Program-made: the position numbers and the translations under genes
Notes under the pieces: generated by a model
The model's database searches: none
The model's input: the letters and a program-made list of their open reading frames with translations, nothing else
Told to the model about the DNA's origin: nothing
Part shown: piece after piece, positions 10,858 to 25,312 of the stretch
How the letters are laid out: every line of letters starts with the position of its first letter
Position numbering within the stretch: position 1 is the first letter of the stretch
NCBI GenBank assembly: GCA_012295275.1
Contig: CM022666.1
Coordinates: 372,001 to 436,000 of the forward strand
Reading direction: 5' to 3'
Origin: Chrysomallon squamiferum
Taxonomy: Eukaryota > Animalia > Mollusca
Length of the DNA: 64,000 bases

Positions 10858-13800
10858 TATTATTATTATTAATATTATAGATAACGATTCCATAATAAAT
10901 AAATAAATAAAAACGAGATATAAATGGGGGAATTATAAATACTTGAAAGGCATTTTTTAAATTTCATACAACAACCATCATCGTCAAATATTAACAGTGA
11001 TAATCATAAATCGGTTACTATCTTGTAAAAAGAAACAAAAAAGAAGTCTATTACCAATCTATGAACAAAAACAGTAAAAAATACAAATAAACACGCTAAC
11101 CTTTACGCTTAGAACACCTTGTATTCGCACGGCTCCAGGACAAACAGCCAGCCACATACTACAGTTAAAATGTTGTAGGATGACTAGCGAGCGGTCCGCC
11201 AAGAAGGAAATGACACTGCACTATGTGTGTCAAAGACAATGCAACTAGCAGTGCTTGAAGGGCAGGCTGTGCGTACTTTACGTCATGTTTCGATTGTGCG
11301 CTGGTTTGGACGAGGTCCAGTTTAAGTAGGTTACGAAGTGCTAATCAAATGTACTTCGTCAGATCAGACGTAACCTGGTTCGTTAACCTCCGTTGCCCGA
11401 AAGCGACTAATCCCGATCAAGGATCGGCTATCTAAGTTCCACTTAAGTACTTGACTCTATATTATTACGTTTGTTGTTTGTTGTTGTTGTTGTTGTTGTT
11501 GTTATCGGTAGTGGGTAATCTTGCATTTCAGGTCTGTGTCGTTGATGCATAGGGTTTGTATTACCCCCCCCCCAACAAAAAAGGTCATATAAAAAAGTGT
11601 AAGCTCTCTTTGGCAACAGTAGTATTAATACTAGTAGCAGCAGTTATTTGTTTATGCAAAAAACAAAAAGCAAAAAGTAAAAAAAAAAAAAAAAACACAA
11701 CACAACACAAAAAAAACACCTTTAATATTATATTTATACTTAAAGCATGTTAATAAATTACTATCATTATTACCATTGTTGTTGTTATTTGTAGTAGTAG
11801 TGGTGCCATTCACGTATCATTAGTAGAGAAATAACCAATGAAAAAATTACTATTTGTGTGTGTATGTGAAATCTAATTCAACATTACCTAAATATTTTTC
11901 AACAATTTTATTTTATTATTATAATTAATCTTATAAACAACAATACACCTGAAACTGGATACCTGCGTTTTACTAAGACTGCAACTGCAACTTCATTACT
12001 GAGATCTCTGTAATCGTTTATAGCCTTTAAACTGGATGGGAAGGGGGTGGTGTTTGGCCACGCCCGCTTCCTCAAATGCACAATCAATGCAATGGCAAGT
12101 TAGCTGAATTGCTCTACTGCTAAACTACTGTGCTATCCAACCTTACTATTAGAACACTGTACAGTTCATACAATACTGCTGTATTATGTAACCATTACGT
12201 TATGCTGTGCTGATAGGCTAAGAAGTAAAAAAGACTCAAGTCGGCTTGCCCTGACTGAATGTAAACCACTCATTTGCTTGGTTTGGGACGTGGTTTTTCG
12301 GGCTATGACAGTGAACTGAAAACACATGTAAATATAGAAGAGTGAAAAATATCTAACTGAGCCGCCAAATTCGTACGTCTACTACACATTCATGAAGGTA
12401 TTTTAAGTATTTTGAAAATGTACCTCACAGAACTGCATTTGCTTATTTTCTCTAAAATATGTTCATACTAAGAGGGGAAAAAGAAAACGAAAAATACCAA
12501 TGAAAAACCCCACAGAGTGGAAGGTACCATCAGGTTAAGTTTAATGTTTACGTACAACATTCATTCTAGTTATATTTAAAAGTTTTGGGACTGCATTCCG
12601 GAAACACTACTGGACTGGAATATTAACGATGTCCGGTTTAGTAACTGTACTGACCACACATACAGCAGTTAGTAAAATGAACTAAACGGAAACTAATTAA
12701 TTTTACGTCGAAAGATACGAAACAGCAACATTTCTAAGTATTTTATCAAGACGTGTGAAATAAAAAAAATGACTATGATCACCTCACCATGACCTGAAAG
12801 TAATACAGCTTGACAGTCAAAACAACTTTTTATTTATAAATCTGCAGGCTGCTTTTCGACACATAATAATAAAATTGTTTCTTCGTATCCAAACGGAAGG
12901 AGGTAATCGCGTTCATGGTCACGTCAATCAAACTGTAACATTTTGCGGGGTTGAAGGAAACAAAACAGATTACTACTGTTTGTGTAACCCTTCCTAAATT
13001 ACCCAAATAAACGGAAATCAGTTTGAATCAGTTACTAATAATATATGTTTACTGGCGAATCATATGACAACTTCTATGAGAATTAATATATGAGAATTAA
13101 TTTAGTTTTAGGATTAATTAAGTTTAAACAGTCTGCCTTGGAATCGATAATAAAAATTCATCCCACAAAGCACATTAGCTGGTTATCTATATTTACCTCT
13201 ATCTCTGTCTTATTCTGGAATACAAATCTCTTAATGCTGATGGGGCATTAAGTGTAATTTTAATAGGCGGAAACCGGAAATTCAAGCACAATTAAAAACA
13301 TTTTACAGGATACTTGTATTGTATTTAAAATAAGAATATAATAAAACGATTTGTTGTACTTATTTTATATTTAGAAATTTAAAACAAATGGATGCAATAT
13401 GAATACAAAAAAAAACGATTCAAGTGTAAAAGTTCATTCGTGTTAAGTTCCATTCAACCTTTTATTGTAATTTAACAAAATGTTTTCTTTCAAGGAAAAT
13501 CGAAAGTAATCCTGCAACACTAGAGTGCAAGGAGAAATGTTAGCACAAAGTTCAAAACTCAGAATGAATTCACAGAATGCTTCAAGCCGTGAAATAAAGT
13601 TAAAGAAGAGGAGACAAGCACGCACACGCACACAGACACAGACACATTACTTACACGCATACCTAGTTCAATTACATCAGTGACTTTGCACTTTTTTGTG
13701 CGTTATGCGTTACCAGCTGATGTATGACGAAGCAAAATAAATAAATAATAGCAACAACAAAAGCAGTTTAAAATAATAATAATAATAATGACTAGACATA

Positions 13801-15305
13801 TTTTCAACTGAATAAAACGTTAATGCTACAAATGATGTAACCTGCCTTTCGTTATCTGTAACTGCATCGACACTTTAAAACTATTTTTCTTCTACGTTTC
13901 TTTTGAAAAACTAAGATTAAAATCTATTATTGTCTAAATACAGTCTGTGAGCAATATGCTTAGGATTACACACACAAACAAACAATTTTTATCTTTTTAT
14001 ATTCTTTTTAGCAAATAACAGATTTTATCTTTATGACTGAAACAATAAGCATCAGATCAATTTCATAGTTATGAGCGAAACAACATATGTCACTAGGCTT
14101 TAATATCAGAACGATTTGTTTTCCCGTTACATTCATACAAATACTCTGAATTTTTAAAACTATCTACAACACTACTAAGCTGTATCTGAACGCGCGGAAT
14201 ATTACTTATTTGTATCGAACGCGGAATATTTCTAAACTGCACTGGAGTGATAAATACCACGACACTATATCAGACGAGAAGACACTACCACTACCTCTGT
14301 TGCCATTGTAACCCCTTCGTAACTGGCTCTGGCTCGTAACGTTTTTGTAACGCGGTGAACGGATAGCTGTATTTGTAATAGCTACGTCCGACTCGTACTA
14401 AAGAAACCGCGGCTTCCAGACACCCTTTACTTGAACTTACACTTTGTTATTGTCAAAAAACAAACAATGTAGCTTGCAAGCTTGCAGAATACACCAAGAT
14501 TATTTCTTAGTGCTGTTAAAAATACACATTAAAGTGAGATAACTGCACAACCTTTGCTTCGAGGTTACGAATGTAACGGAAACCAGCTTTCTCTACGCTG
14601 ACAGCATTTATAAATGTGCTCTGGTTAAGTCAGTGCTGGATTTCAGATATTTAACATCTGTTTAAAGCCAGTGAATACAAAATCTTAAGTGTACAAACTC
14701 TTACGAAGGTAAATATTATTACATATAGCTATGATAGATAGAAACAAACACACAACATTTATAGAAAGAGAATCTTTCAGGCAGGAACCTTTAAATCGTC
14801 TTCATGAATATGGAGGGTCGATTCCCTGCCTCACTGGATTAGTACTCTAGCATCTGGATAACATTTAGAACAGAGCAACACATTAATCAAGGTTTACATC
14901 TTAGTCTGTATTTCAACCAGCTGGAAAATAAAACTAAAACTGAGCTAACAGATAATGATATTTTTAGCAGAAAAATACAGGAGTTTTTCTTCTTTTTCTA
15001 TCTGTTTATTATTATTAGATTTTTTTTATTTATTTTTTTTTTTTTTTTTTTTTTTTATTATTATGATTTATTTGTTTGTTAGACATTAACAAAGCCAGAT
15101 ATAACCACTAAAGAAATCATGCTGAAATGAAATAACTAATACTTCTAGTTATTATTATTAAATTTTGTTATTATTATTTTTTCTTCTTAAATCACTGAGT
15201 AAAATACAGCAATTCGATATAGATACTGACTTAGTTATCTGCTGTTTTGTTTAGAACCCTTTTTCAATTCAAGTGTTTAAAGCTAAATAATAATAATAAT
15301 AATAA

Positions 15306-15336
<31 letters not shown>

Positions 15337-16323
15337 TTATTCAAACTAATTCAGTATGGACTATTGGTTATTCAGTTTTCCACATTTTGTATATTAATAT
15401 AAGATAACGTTAATTCTGTTAACTTCATACAAATATGAAGAATAGCCAAAAGTTTCAACAATAAAAACATGAGTAATAAGCACGTGGTGTCCTTTGTCAT
15501 TTTCATAACAAACGCACGCGATATCCGTATTTTAATCGAGATACATTTAAGGACATATTTATCATGACCTAAGCACGTAGAATTTCACTGATAACTGAAA
15601 TATTTATTCACTAACATTAAATTCAAATATATTTTATCGTGTAATGCAAAGGTCAAATCGTTTGTCAGAGAGATTACGTAATTCGTAGATACAAACATGT
15701 AAGTGAATTACATCGGAAATAGATAACTCGACATTCTCGAACAAAAACGCTTTCTATCTAAAGCACCTTTATCAGTGAGAAAAGCGTATGCACTTATCAT
15801 TCTAGATTGCCTACTTACATTCTGTTTATCTCTCTAACATAACTCGAGATCAGTCAGCGAAATTTTATCCGTAGATAGCCTTAAGAAGGACAGTCAGCAC
15901 AAAAAGACTGGATCCACACTTATCACAAAAACATCATGGCGCTCATGCTATATGAAAACGTCATCCCTGGTGCTATTTATAGACACGATAACTCTAGGTC
16001 TTCCCGCAAACCTTATAGTAAACGCGGTCAATTTTATTATGTCGTCGGCGAAATATAAAGTTTAAATCTATCAAACAAATTGTTAAGAATTATATTACCA
16101 ACCAAACAAATAATTAAAACTAACATCTATGGTTAATAATAATTTTTTTTTTTTTTTTTCATAAAATGAAAAGAAAAGAAAAAAAAAAAAGAAGCAGACA
16201 TCAAAATTAAGATCACAGAAGCGATAAAATATTCAAAACGAAATGAATTTCATTACGAAGGACACAAATATACAAATAAAAAATATCAATGTAGTAATGC
16301 AATAAACACTATTTCATTCATTC

Positions 16324-16393
<70 letters not shown>

Positions 16394-16995
16394 TCAGTCA
16401 GTCAGACTGTCTCTCTATCGGATACAGTAAAGGAAAGTTAACTAACAGTTGTTAACTTAGAGTTATGTCCAGATTCAATCCTTGTTACGTGTAATTGTTC
16501 TTATGTACATATGAAAAAAAAAAAATGCTTTCAACTTTACTAATCGATAAGTCATTTAATGCGCAGACTCAGGCTTCAGTGAATATTTTCATGATTGGTT
16601 TTCATGTACGTTCTTCTAACAAAAGTTTGATAAAACTGACCGGCATCAACAATAATAATGTGTGCATATTTATTTTTTAACTTCAAAAGGCGTAACAACG
16701 AACGTTTATGTTTAATATTGATTGGTAACAATCAAAATTAAGGTTGAACGAGTTATCGCCCTTAAATGAGTTTTTATTACTAATAACTGACAAAATAATC
16801 TCAAAGCCTCAGTCAAGTCACATCTCCAGTAAATATCAACATATCGTATCAAGTACGGATTCAGTAATAATAATAATAATAATAATAATAATAGCAGCAG
16901 CAGCAGTAGCAGTAGAAGTACTAACTGAACAGAGTAGAAAAGATGAATAAATACAAGAAATTGTTTCGCAAGTGAAATATCTGTTTGTTTGTTTG

Positions 16996-17040
<45 letters not shown>

Positions 17041-17470
17041 GTTATTGTTATTATTATTATTACGAGTAATTCGTAAATTTACATACCGACAATAACCGCC
17101 ATTTTGGACGTATATCCTTTTCCACAGTAATTTCATTTATTTGAGAAAAACGGGCGTCGTAATTTTGCTGAGCTGTTAAAAAATGATCCTGCAAACTATT
17201 TATTTATTAGGGATTGACTTGATTTCCCTGTGACACATCACTATCACCCTGGACATTACTCTCATTGAAACACTTAAAACACAATAGACATTATCTTATT
17301 AACAAGTTAATGTTTTTGTTTGATAATTAACATGTCTACGTGTCTGCGTGTTTACATGCACATAATTTATAAACGTAATGGCGATACAAAAAAAAAAAAA
17401 AAAAAAAATACTGTCACTGTTTTCATTTTTTAAATATTTTTTTTATTGTTATAGTTTTTTTATTCTAAAC

Positions 17471-17517
<47 letters not shown>

Positions 17518-17982
17518 TAATAATAATGATAATAATACACAGATGATGATTTTATTGTTGCTTTTATTATTGTTGTTGTTGTTGTGGTTGTTGTCGTCAC
17601 TGGTTGTGGTGGTGGTGTTGCCGATGCTGCTGCATGTTGTTATACATGCGCATGCGCACACCGAATCTTCAGTAACAACAGAAAAGATAATACACAACTA
17701 AACGTCACAAACGCATCAATATATGCTAAACATGTGGCATGTTTATTTACCAAGACAGTTCAAAGATAGTAATTTTATATTCGTTTCAGTGACAGCCGAT
17801 ATTTGAGCAACACCTTTACACCAGCACTCCTTCTCAATCTGTGCAGTTACCACAGCTGTGACGAGAAAATGAACTGACATTCGTAAACATGCAGTGATTA
17901 TAAAACCGATACACAGCTAAATATTTGAGACACAAATATAGCACACACATACAGTGCGTGTGTGTGCGTGTGTGTGTGTGTG

Positions 17983-18089
<107 letters not shown>

Positions 18090-18320
18090 ATAAACACAAC
18101 AGATGACTGAATGTTTTCACAAATACGCACTTTTACGATTGAGATATCTCCATCCAACCTACACTTGTACAGACACATGTACATATACACTCACATACGC
18201 ACATAATTCACATATTGATGCATACATGCATAGGTACATATTATATACATTGACATAGAGAAATACATACTCGACAATCATATAAGCACGCCAACATAGA
18301 CACAGACACGTACCTACAAA

Positions 18321-18383
<63 letters not shown>

Positions 18384-18499
18384 ATAAAATAAAGTGAAAG
18401 AAAGAATACCAATAAATAAATAGGGGAAAAAAAAAAAAAAAATAAAATAAAATAAATAAAATAAAATCGCAATCATGCACACAATAGGATAATATCTTG

Positions 18500-18679
18500 T
18501 CAGATTTTATTCTGTTTCGTTTCTTCAGCATTTAGTTCCTGAGAGTCGATTATCACTTTATGTTTTAAATTATCTTCGAGTGGTCTCCCCTTCGTCTCTG
18601 GTAGAAAGAACAGACAGATACTGCTGAGAATAATTAGCACTCCCATTGTTACATAGGGCGCGACAACACTGTCTCCATC
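18500..18679 (-). CDS. SLC22 exon 9 (terminal)
   Basis: DGDSVVAPYVTMG...FFLPETKGRPLED...QNKI-stop. Confidence 0.9.
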   Translation of the reverse strand, partial: DGDSVVAPYVTMGVLIILSSICLFFLPETKGRPLEDNLKHKVIIDSQELNAEETKQNKI

Positions 18680-19456
18680 CTGCAAAGCCAACGACATCAA
18701 ATTACTATTACAACAACAACCACCACTACTACTTATTATTATTACCAGTTCTAATATTAATATAATTAGCTAGTTATTACTACTATGGCACCACTATTAA
18801 TACTAATTCTACCAATATTACAAAAACTACTGTTACTGTTACTACTACTTCTACTACTACTGCTGCTGCTGTTGCTACTACTATTGCCACCATATCCACT
18901 AATATTAATATCATTTCTACCACAATATTACTAAAAAAAAATTCTAGTAGAGTTACAACTATTACTACTACTATTACCACTGTTCTGCTACCATCTTCAC
19001 CACTGTTTTTACTGCTACCAGACTCTCAGATTGCACTAAGTTAATGACAGAAAAACCAGCAGTAAACGTAAAAATTGTCTGTAAAATTCTGACTGCTCAC
19101 CATCAGTAAAATCATCGGGGCGACAATCCCTCCCACTCTGGCACATGTCTGACTCACTCCAAAACCCAGTGTCCTGAAAAACACACATTTGTGTCCTGTT
19201 TACACACATACTTTCTTTTCTTTCTTTTTGTATTTATTTATTTATTCATTTATATATTATTATTATTATTATTATATTTTTTAGAGAGAGCGAGATAGAG
19301 TCAGAGAAAGGGACAGACAGACAGACAGACAGACAGAGAGAGAGAGAGAAATAAAAAGAGAGACAGAGACAGAGAGAGACAGAGAGAGAGACAGAGACAG
19401 AGAGAGAGAGACAGAGAGAAATAAAGAGAGAGACAGAGAGAGACAGAGAGAGAGAC

Positions 19457-19553
<97 letters not shown>

Positions 19554-20344
19554 TTACCTGACAACAGTTGGATACAGTTCATTGGTGTACGTGTACATGA
19601 TCATCCAGGATCCACCAATCGCCATCTTGGCTATGAGTGCCATCACTGTGATCACGTGATCTCTGTATTCCTTGGCAGCTGTACATACATTAATATATGT
19701 ACATACAAGCAATATTTGAAAACAAAGCTATATGGGAAAACTATTATAAAGTCAAGTAATAGAATAAAATATTTACGAAGTTCCAATGATTTAACCCACT
19801 TAGAATACATATAAAAAAAACCTCCTAAAATTAGAAGAAAAAAGGAACGTACTTAGAACAGTAAATATCAAAATTGTACATAACTAGAAAATATGATGAA
19901 GTGCATCTAATAAACATATAACTGGAAATGTTTTATCAAGTAAATACGTACCTGAAACTATTTGTATGAAGTAAACAGGTAATAAGAACTGCTAGTACAA
20001 CTGTTAGTATCTCGAACTTTAATATCAAGTTAATACATAATAATAATTGTATTAAGTAAAGATGTAAGTGGGATAGTTAATATCTAGTAAAGCAAAAACT
20101 GTTAATTAGAACTCTAGTTAATTAGAACTGTTAATTTTTTAAATTAAAACTGTTAATATCAAATTAATAAATAACATCGTAGATGTGAAATTCACATGTA
20201 ATTAGAAACATTAATTTCAAATATTTTTACATCGTTGGTCAAAATCAAGTAAGTATATTTTTGTTGATATGCAATCAAAATACGTTCACAACTCGGATTT
20301 TGTTGAAATGTATAAGTGAAACTAAAGGAAATTTTATACTAAAT

Positions 20345-20378
<34 letters not shown>

Positions 20379-20387
20379 TTATTATTA

Positions 20388-20424
<37 letters not shown>

Positions 20425-20753
20425 TTTTAAAATTATTATTGTTGGTGATGTTTTTGCTACCATTGTTGTTGTTGTGTTGTTATCTTTGTTGGTGTTAATA
20501 TTATTTAAATATTATTATTACTGTTGTTGTTAATATTGTTTTATTATTATTACTGTTTTTGTTTTGTGTTGTTGTTGTTGTTGTTGTTTTGTTGTTATTA
20601 CTGTTATATTTATAAGGCAGTGCAGCACTTACCCGTGGTGTTTGTAACTATTGTACCAACAAGAGACAAACCACCAATCATCAGAAAGGTGATCGTTGTC
20701 CATTTCCTTCCACATCTGGAAATAAGTAAGTAAGTACGTAAGTAAGTAAGTAC

Positions 20754-20821
<68 letters not shown>

Positions 20822-21260
20822 AGACAAACAAACGCATAAACAGACAGTTACAAGAATGTAATACACTTTGTTTTCGACATAACATTTTTTTATTATTCAT
20901 GATAAGGACTGATAACCTGTATAAGTCGTTCTTACTTGTTAAAAAATATAAAAAATAAAATAAAAAAGACGGAAGAAATTTCTAATCTATCGTGATATAA
21001 CTTCTGACAGGTGGTAAAGATCTCACACAAAGACATACGACTCCAGACACTAAAGTGCAATAGACTATTTTTATTATTACTATTATTAGCGGCAAAGAAA
21101 ACTTTTAAGTGCACCTTCCCATAGACAGCAAAAGTCACACCATTGCCTTTAACAACCATTCGTGGGCCGAGGCGCGTAGACTTTGCAATTTATTGAATTT
21201 TAAATTCCTCCTACGTAACCTGAGAACTGCACCACGACAGATATGAAGTATAAAGACATA

Positions 21261-21293
<33 letters not shown>

Positions 21294-21389
21294 CAACAAC
21301 AACAACAACAATAATAATAACAATAACAATAATAATAATAATAATAATAATAACAACAACAATAATAATAACAATAACAATAATAATAA

Positions 21390-21431
<42 letters not shown>

Positions 21432-23020
21432 TTCAACTAAATACCAATAAGAAACAACTGGTAATATTAACAACCAGAACATTATTATTATCATATATTT
21501 CACATTATGTTTTTTGTATTTGATATTAGGCAGTGCAGTACTTACCCATGTCGTTCGTAATTATTGTATCAACTAGAGCCAAACCACCAATCATTAGAAA
21601 CGTATTTTTGGTTCCAGTTATTTACTTCTTACATTTCACATTACGTACATACTTCTTACATTTCACATTACGTACATACTTCTTACATTTCACATTACGT
21701 ACATACTTCTTACATTTCACATTACGTACATACTTCTTACATTTCACATTACGTACATACTTCTTACATTTCACATTACTTACATACTTCTTACATTTCA
21801 CATTACGTACATACTCCTTACATTTCACATTACGTACATACTTCTTACATTTCACATTACGTACATACTTCTTACATTTCACATTACGTACATACTTCTT
21901 ACATTTCACATTACGTACATACTTCTTACATTTCACATTACGTACATACTTCTTACATTTCACATTACGCACACACTTGATATTAACAAATGATCTGGAG
22001 ACTGAAGACGTGATAACGTACTTTCTGAGCAACCAGAATGAGCAGACGTAGATTGGAACTTCCACAACCGTCAGGAGAAAAATATTGAGGAAGAGACTTC
22101 CACTCAGACCGTGAGCACCAAACGTCAAGCCGTAGTACACCATGGAGCAGCTGAACCTGAGAGGAAACCAGAATTAAAACTCTGAGCATCTCTAATAAAT
22201 ACATCGTCACATAACTTCACTGATTCGTGTGAAGTCATTTAACAAACAGCAAGTCGCGACATGAACACAGAACTGAGACTTTGAGAAAGAGTAAAATAGT
22301 ACATCACTTCATGTGAAGATTTATATATATATATATGTATCTCTCTCTCTGGTTGGCTCTCTATCTATATAACTATTTATCTGTTCATCCGTCTGTTTGA
22401 CTATCTACATCTATCTATTTATCTTTCTATCTTACGTTTATTCAAAAGATGGTTTTAAGAATGTCACCGAGGTCTCTGTAACGAAGTACAAACCAGACAA
22501 ACGCAGAGAAGACAGTTGTTTTTATCATCGTCTTTCCTCTGAACACGTCAATGTAGGAATACTTCCTGACGCTTCCTGTCTCAGACTTTTCCTCGTCAGC
22601 GACTGAGCGGAGGCTCTTTTCTGACGTCACGTGGTTTGCTCGTTCTGTTCAGCTTGGCGATCGTGTCCACAACCTTCTCTGCTTCGTCTATTCTGTCACG
22701 CACTGCCAGCCAGCGCATACTGTCTGGTACGTAACTAGGTGAATAAATAAACAAACAAGTCAGTAGGTGAGAATAAAGTAAGAAGTTAGTAGATAAAAAA
22801 CTACTACTGCTACCACTACTCCTACTACTTCTAGTGCTACTGCTACTGCCACTAATATTACTGTTTCTACTACTTTTAAATGATAATTGTATTAACACCA
22901 AACCTAATCATATTAAAAATAATGACGATGGATATATTCAGACATCTCCTTAATCAATTCGTTAATTAAAATGACTAAATAAATTGCACTTATCTTGGTA
23001 CTTGCACGCTATCTGAGATA

Positions 23021-23097
<77 letters not shown>

Positions 23098-24008
23098 CCC
23101 CATTTTACATGGTACAATCACATTTTAATCTCTATCACTTGTAACTATAATTAAAATACGATTAACATACGATTAACAGACTGACAGTATTGTACACTGA
23201 TTGAACTTTTATTAAATTATTAACTCATCATTGACAGAGAATACCACAGTCGGACAACAAAACTAAAATGATAAACTCACAAATAAGAAATGAGAAATGG
23301 CGCATTAAGAGCTGCACCAATGGCGTACAAGTATTTCCAGTTGGGTATCTGCCACGCACAGAAGGCTAATACGGTGACGCCCATTGGCCAATACGGAACA
23401 GCGATCAGTATCGGCCTCCATCTGTCTTCAGTGAACTCTAACATGTAGGGGAAGCACGAGCACAGCAGCATTCCCGCACTGACTCCAATCAGGAAGAGCA
23501 GAGAGGCGAACATCTGCCAAACGACGGAAAACGGGCAGATGAAATTCCAAACCGAGTGAAGGAGAACAGCGAAAAAAAAAATTCTCTTTCGACCAAACGT
23601 GTCGGACATTTGACCCGCTATGATGACACCCACCAGAATGCCCGCCATTTGAATTGACGTTATGGTCTTCGTCACCCACTTCCTTTCACAGACGAGATCC
23701 CACTGAAAACGACAACAACAACGACAGAACTAAACTGATTGATGCACAACGGCCCGAACAAGACACAAGTGAGAGATAATGAATGGGCGACACGATAAAA
23801 ACACGTTCTCTGTCAAGCAGTTAATCAAGGATTTAACAGAAAATAATAATAAAACATCTTTCTTTGTTTCTTGTCTCGCTGTATATTCTACTGTCTGCAT
23901 ATGTACATGAGTCGTCTATCTGATCTATCTATGTATGTTTATATTTATTTAATCTATTTATTTATTTATCTTTCTTGCTATCTATCTATGTATGTGCATG
24001 TCTCTCTC

Positions 24009-24083
<75 letters not shown>

Positions 24084-24645
24084 CACTCACTCACTCACTC
24101 ACACAAACACATACATATATGTGTATTTGCTTGTCCGCCAATTTCTCATCTGTATTAAAATATCATTCATTCTTCAAATTAAAAACGGGACAGTTATTTC
24201 AAAATGAACAGCGATCTGCCCTACCTCTGAAACTATAGTAATCATGTTGGTGCCGTATTCTCGAACACATTTAGTGTCATTTATAACACACACGTGAAAT
24301 GTCTCATTCGACGGATCCAGTGAGTTGTTGCCTATGGAAACACACCACCAATCAGGAGCCACGGTACAGAAGGACGGCAGAACAATACTGAAGCCAATCA
24401 GAGCTTTCGGTATAAACAGACATTGCATCATCATAAGCTGGAACCGACCGAAAGAGCCGAGTTCTTTGATGAGATTTTCCAGAACACCTTGTCTCACACT
24501 CGGCATCTGAAATACACAAAAATCTTCAGTTAAACAGCCTCGCTTCCTAGAACAGTCGCGTGATTTGCTGAATCTGCAATCATTCGATTAGTTACATTTC
24601 AGTAATATCTTCACGCTAAACTTATAATGTACATGTATCAGTACA

Positions 24646-24680
<35 letters not shown>

Positions 24681-25223
24681 CTGTGAAAAAACCCACATAT
24701 GTCATGATTATTATGTCATAGCTTAAAAGTCAAATGTCATATACACCTGAAATATGATCTCCTCGGTTAGTGTCTGATTATACAAATGCAAACACTTCAT
24801 TTTTTATTAGTAGATTAAATACATATGTTATATATATATATAAAACATATATATAATTTTTTCACAGTATTAATCTTATTGTTTTTCGGTAACAATAAAT
24901 TATGAAAATAAAATAATAAAGCTACTGAACGCTGTCACTGTATATATTTGTCTTCAACTTTAGAAGAACCCATTGAAAGGCAGATGTGCTTGAATTTTCT
25001 GTGATTAGAACTTATTTATACTAGAACAAGATTTAGAGAATGTATATGATATGAATTCTTAATTGGCTACAGTCGGACATGAACAATTGTTTAATGAAAC
25101 ACTGTGGTTCTAAGAGGTTTAATCTTCAAACAAAGTCTGTCAGTGTTCAAACCAGCGATGGTGTATTCACACATAAGTCTGCTGGCATCATCCTTTTTGA
25201 TAACATAAGCCAGTAAATATAAA

Positions 25224-25312
<89 letters not shown>

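Noticed and set aside
11413-11436. Hairpin CCGATC-aag-GATCGG as a Helitron 3' end
   Set aside because: The stem is short, there is no CTAG-T terminus at the expected spacing, and there is no second copy.
14811-14835. B-box-like GGGTCGATTCCC
   Set aside because: There is no A-box or cloverleaf upstream, which is insufficient for a tRNA or SINE call.
21622-22021. ORF extension of SLC22 exon 5 into KYVRNVKCK repeats
   Set aside because: It is read-through past a good donor at 22021 into the 27-bp array.
22621-22630. 10-nt GT..AG (GTGACGTCAG) whose removal would repair the SLC22 frameshift
   Set aside because: It is far below the spliceosomal minimum intron size; a simple indel is more parsimonious.
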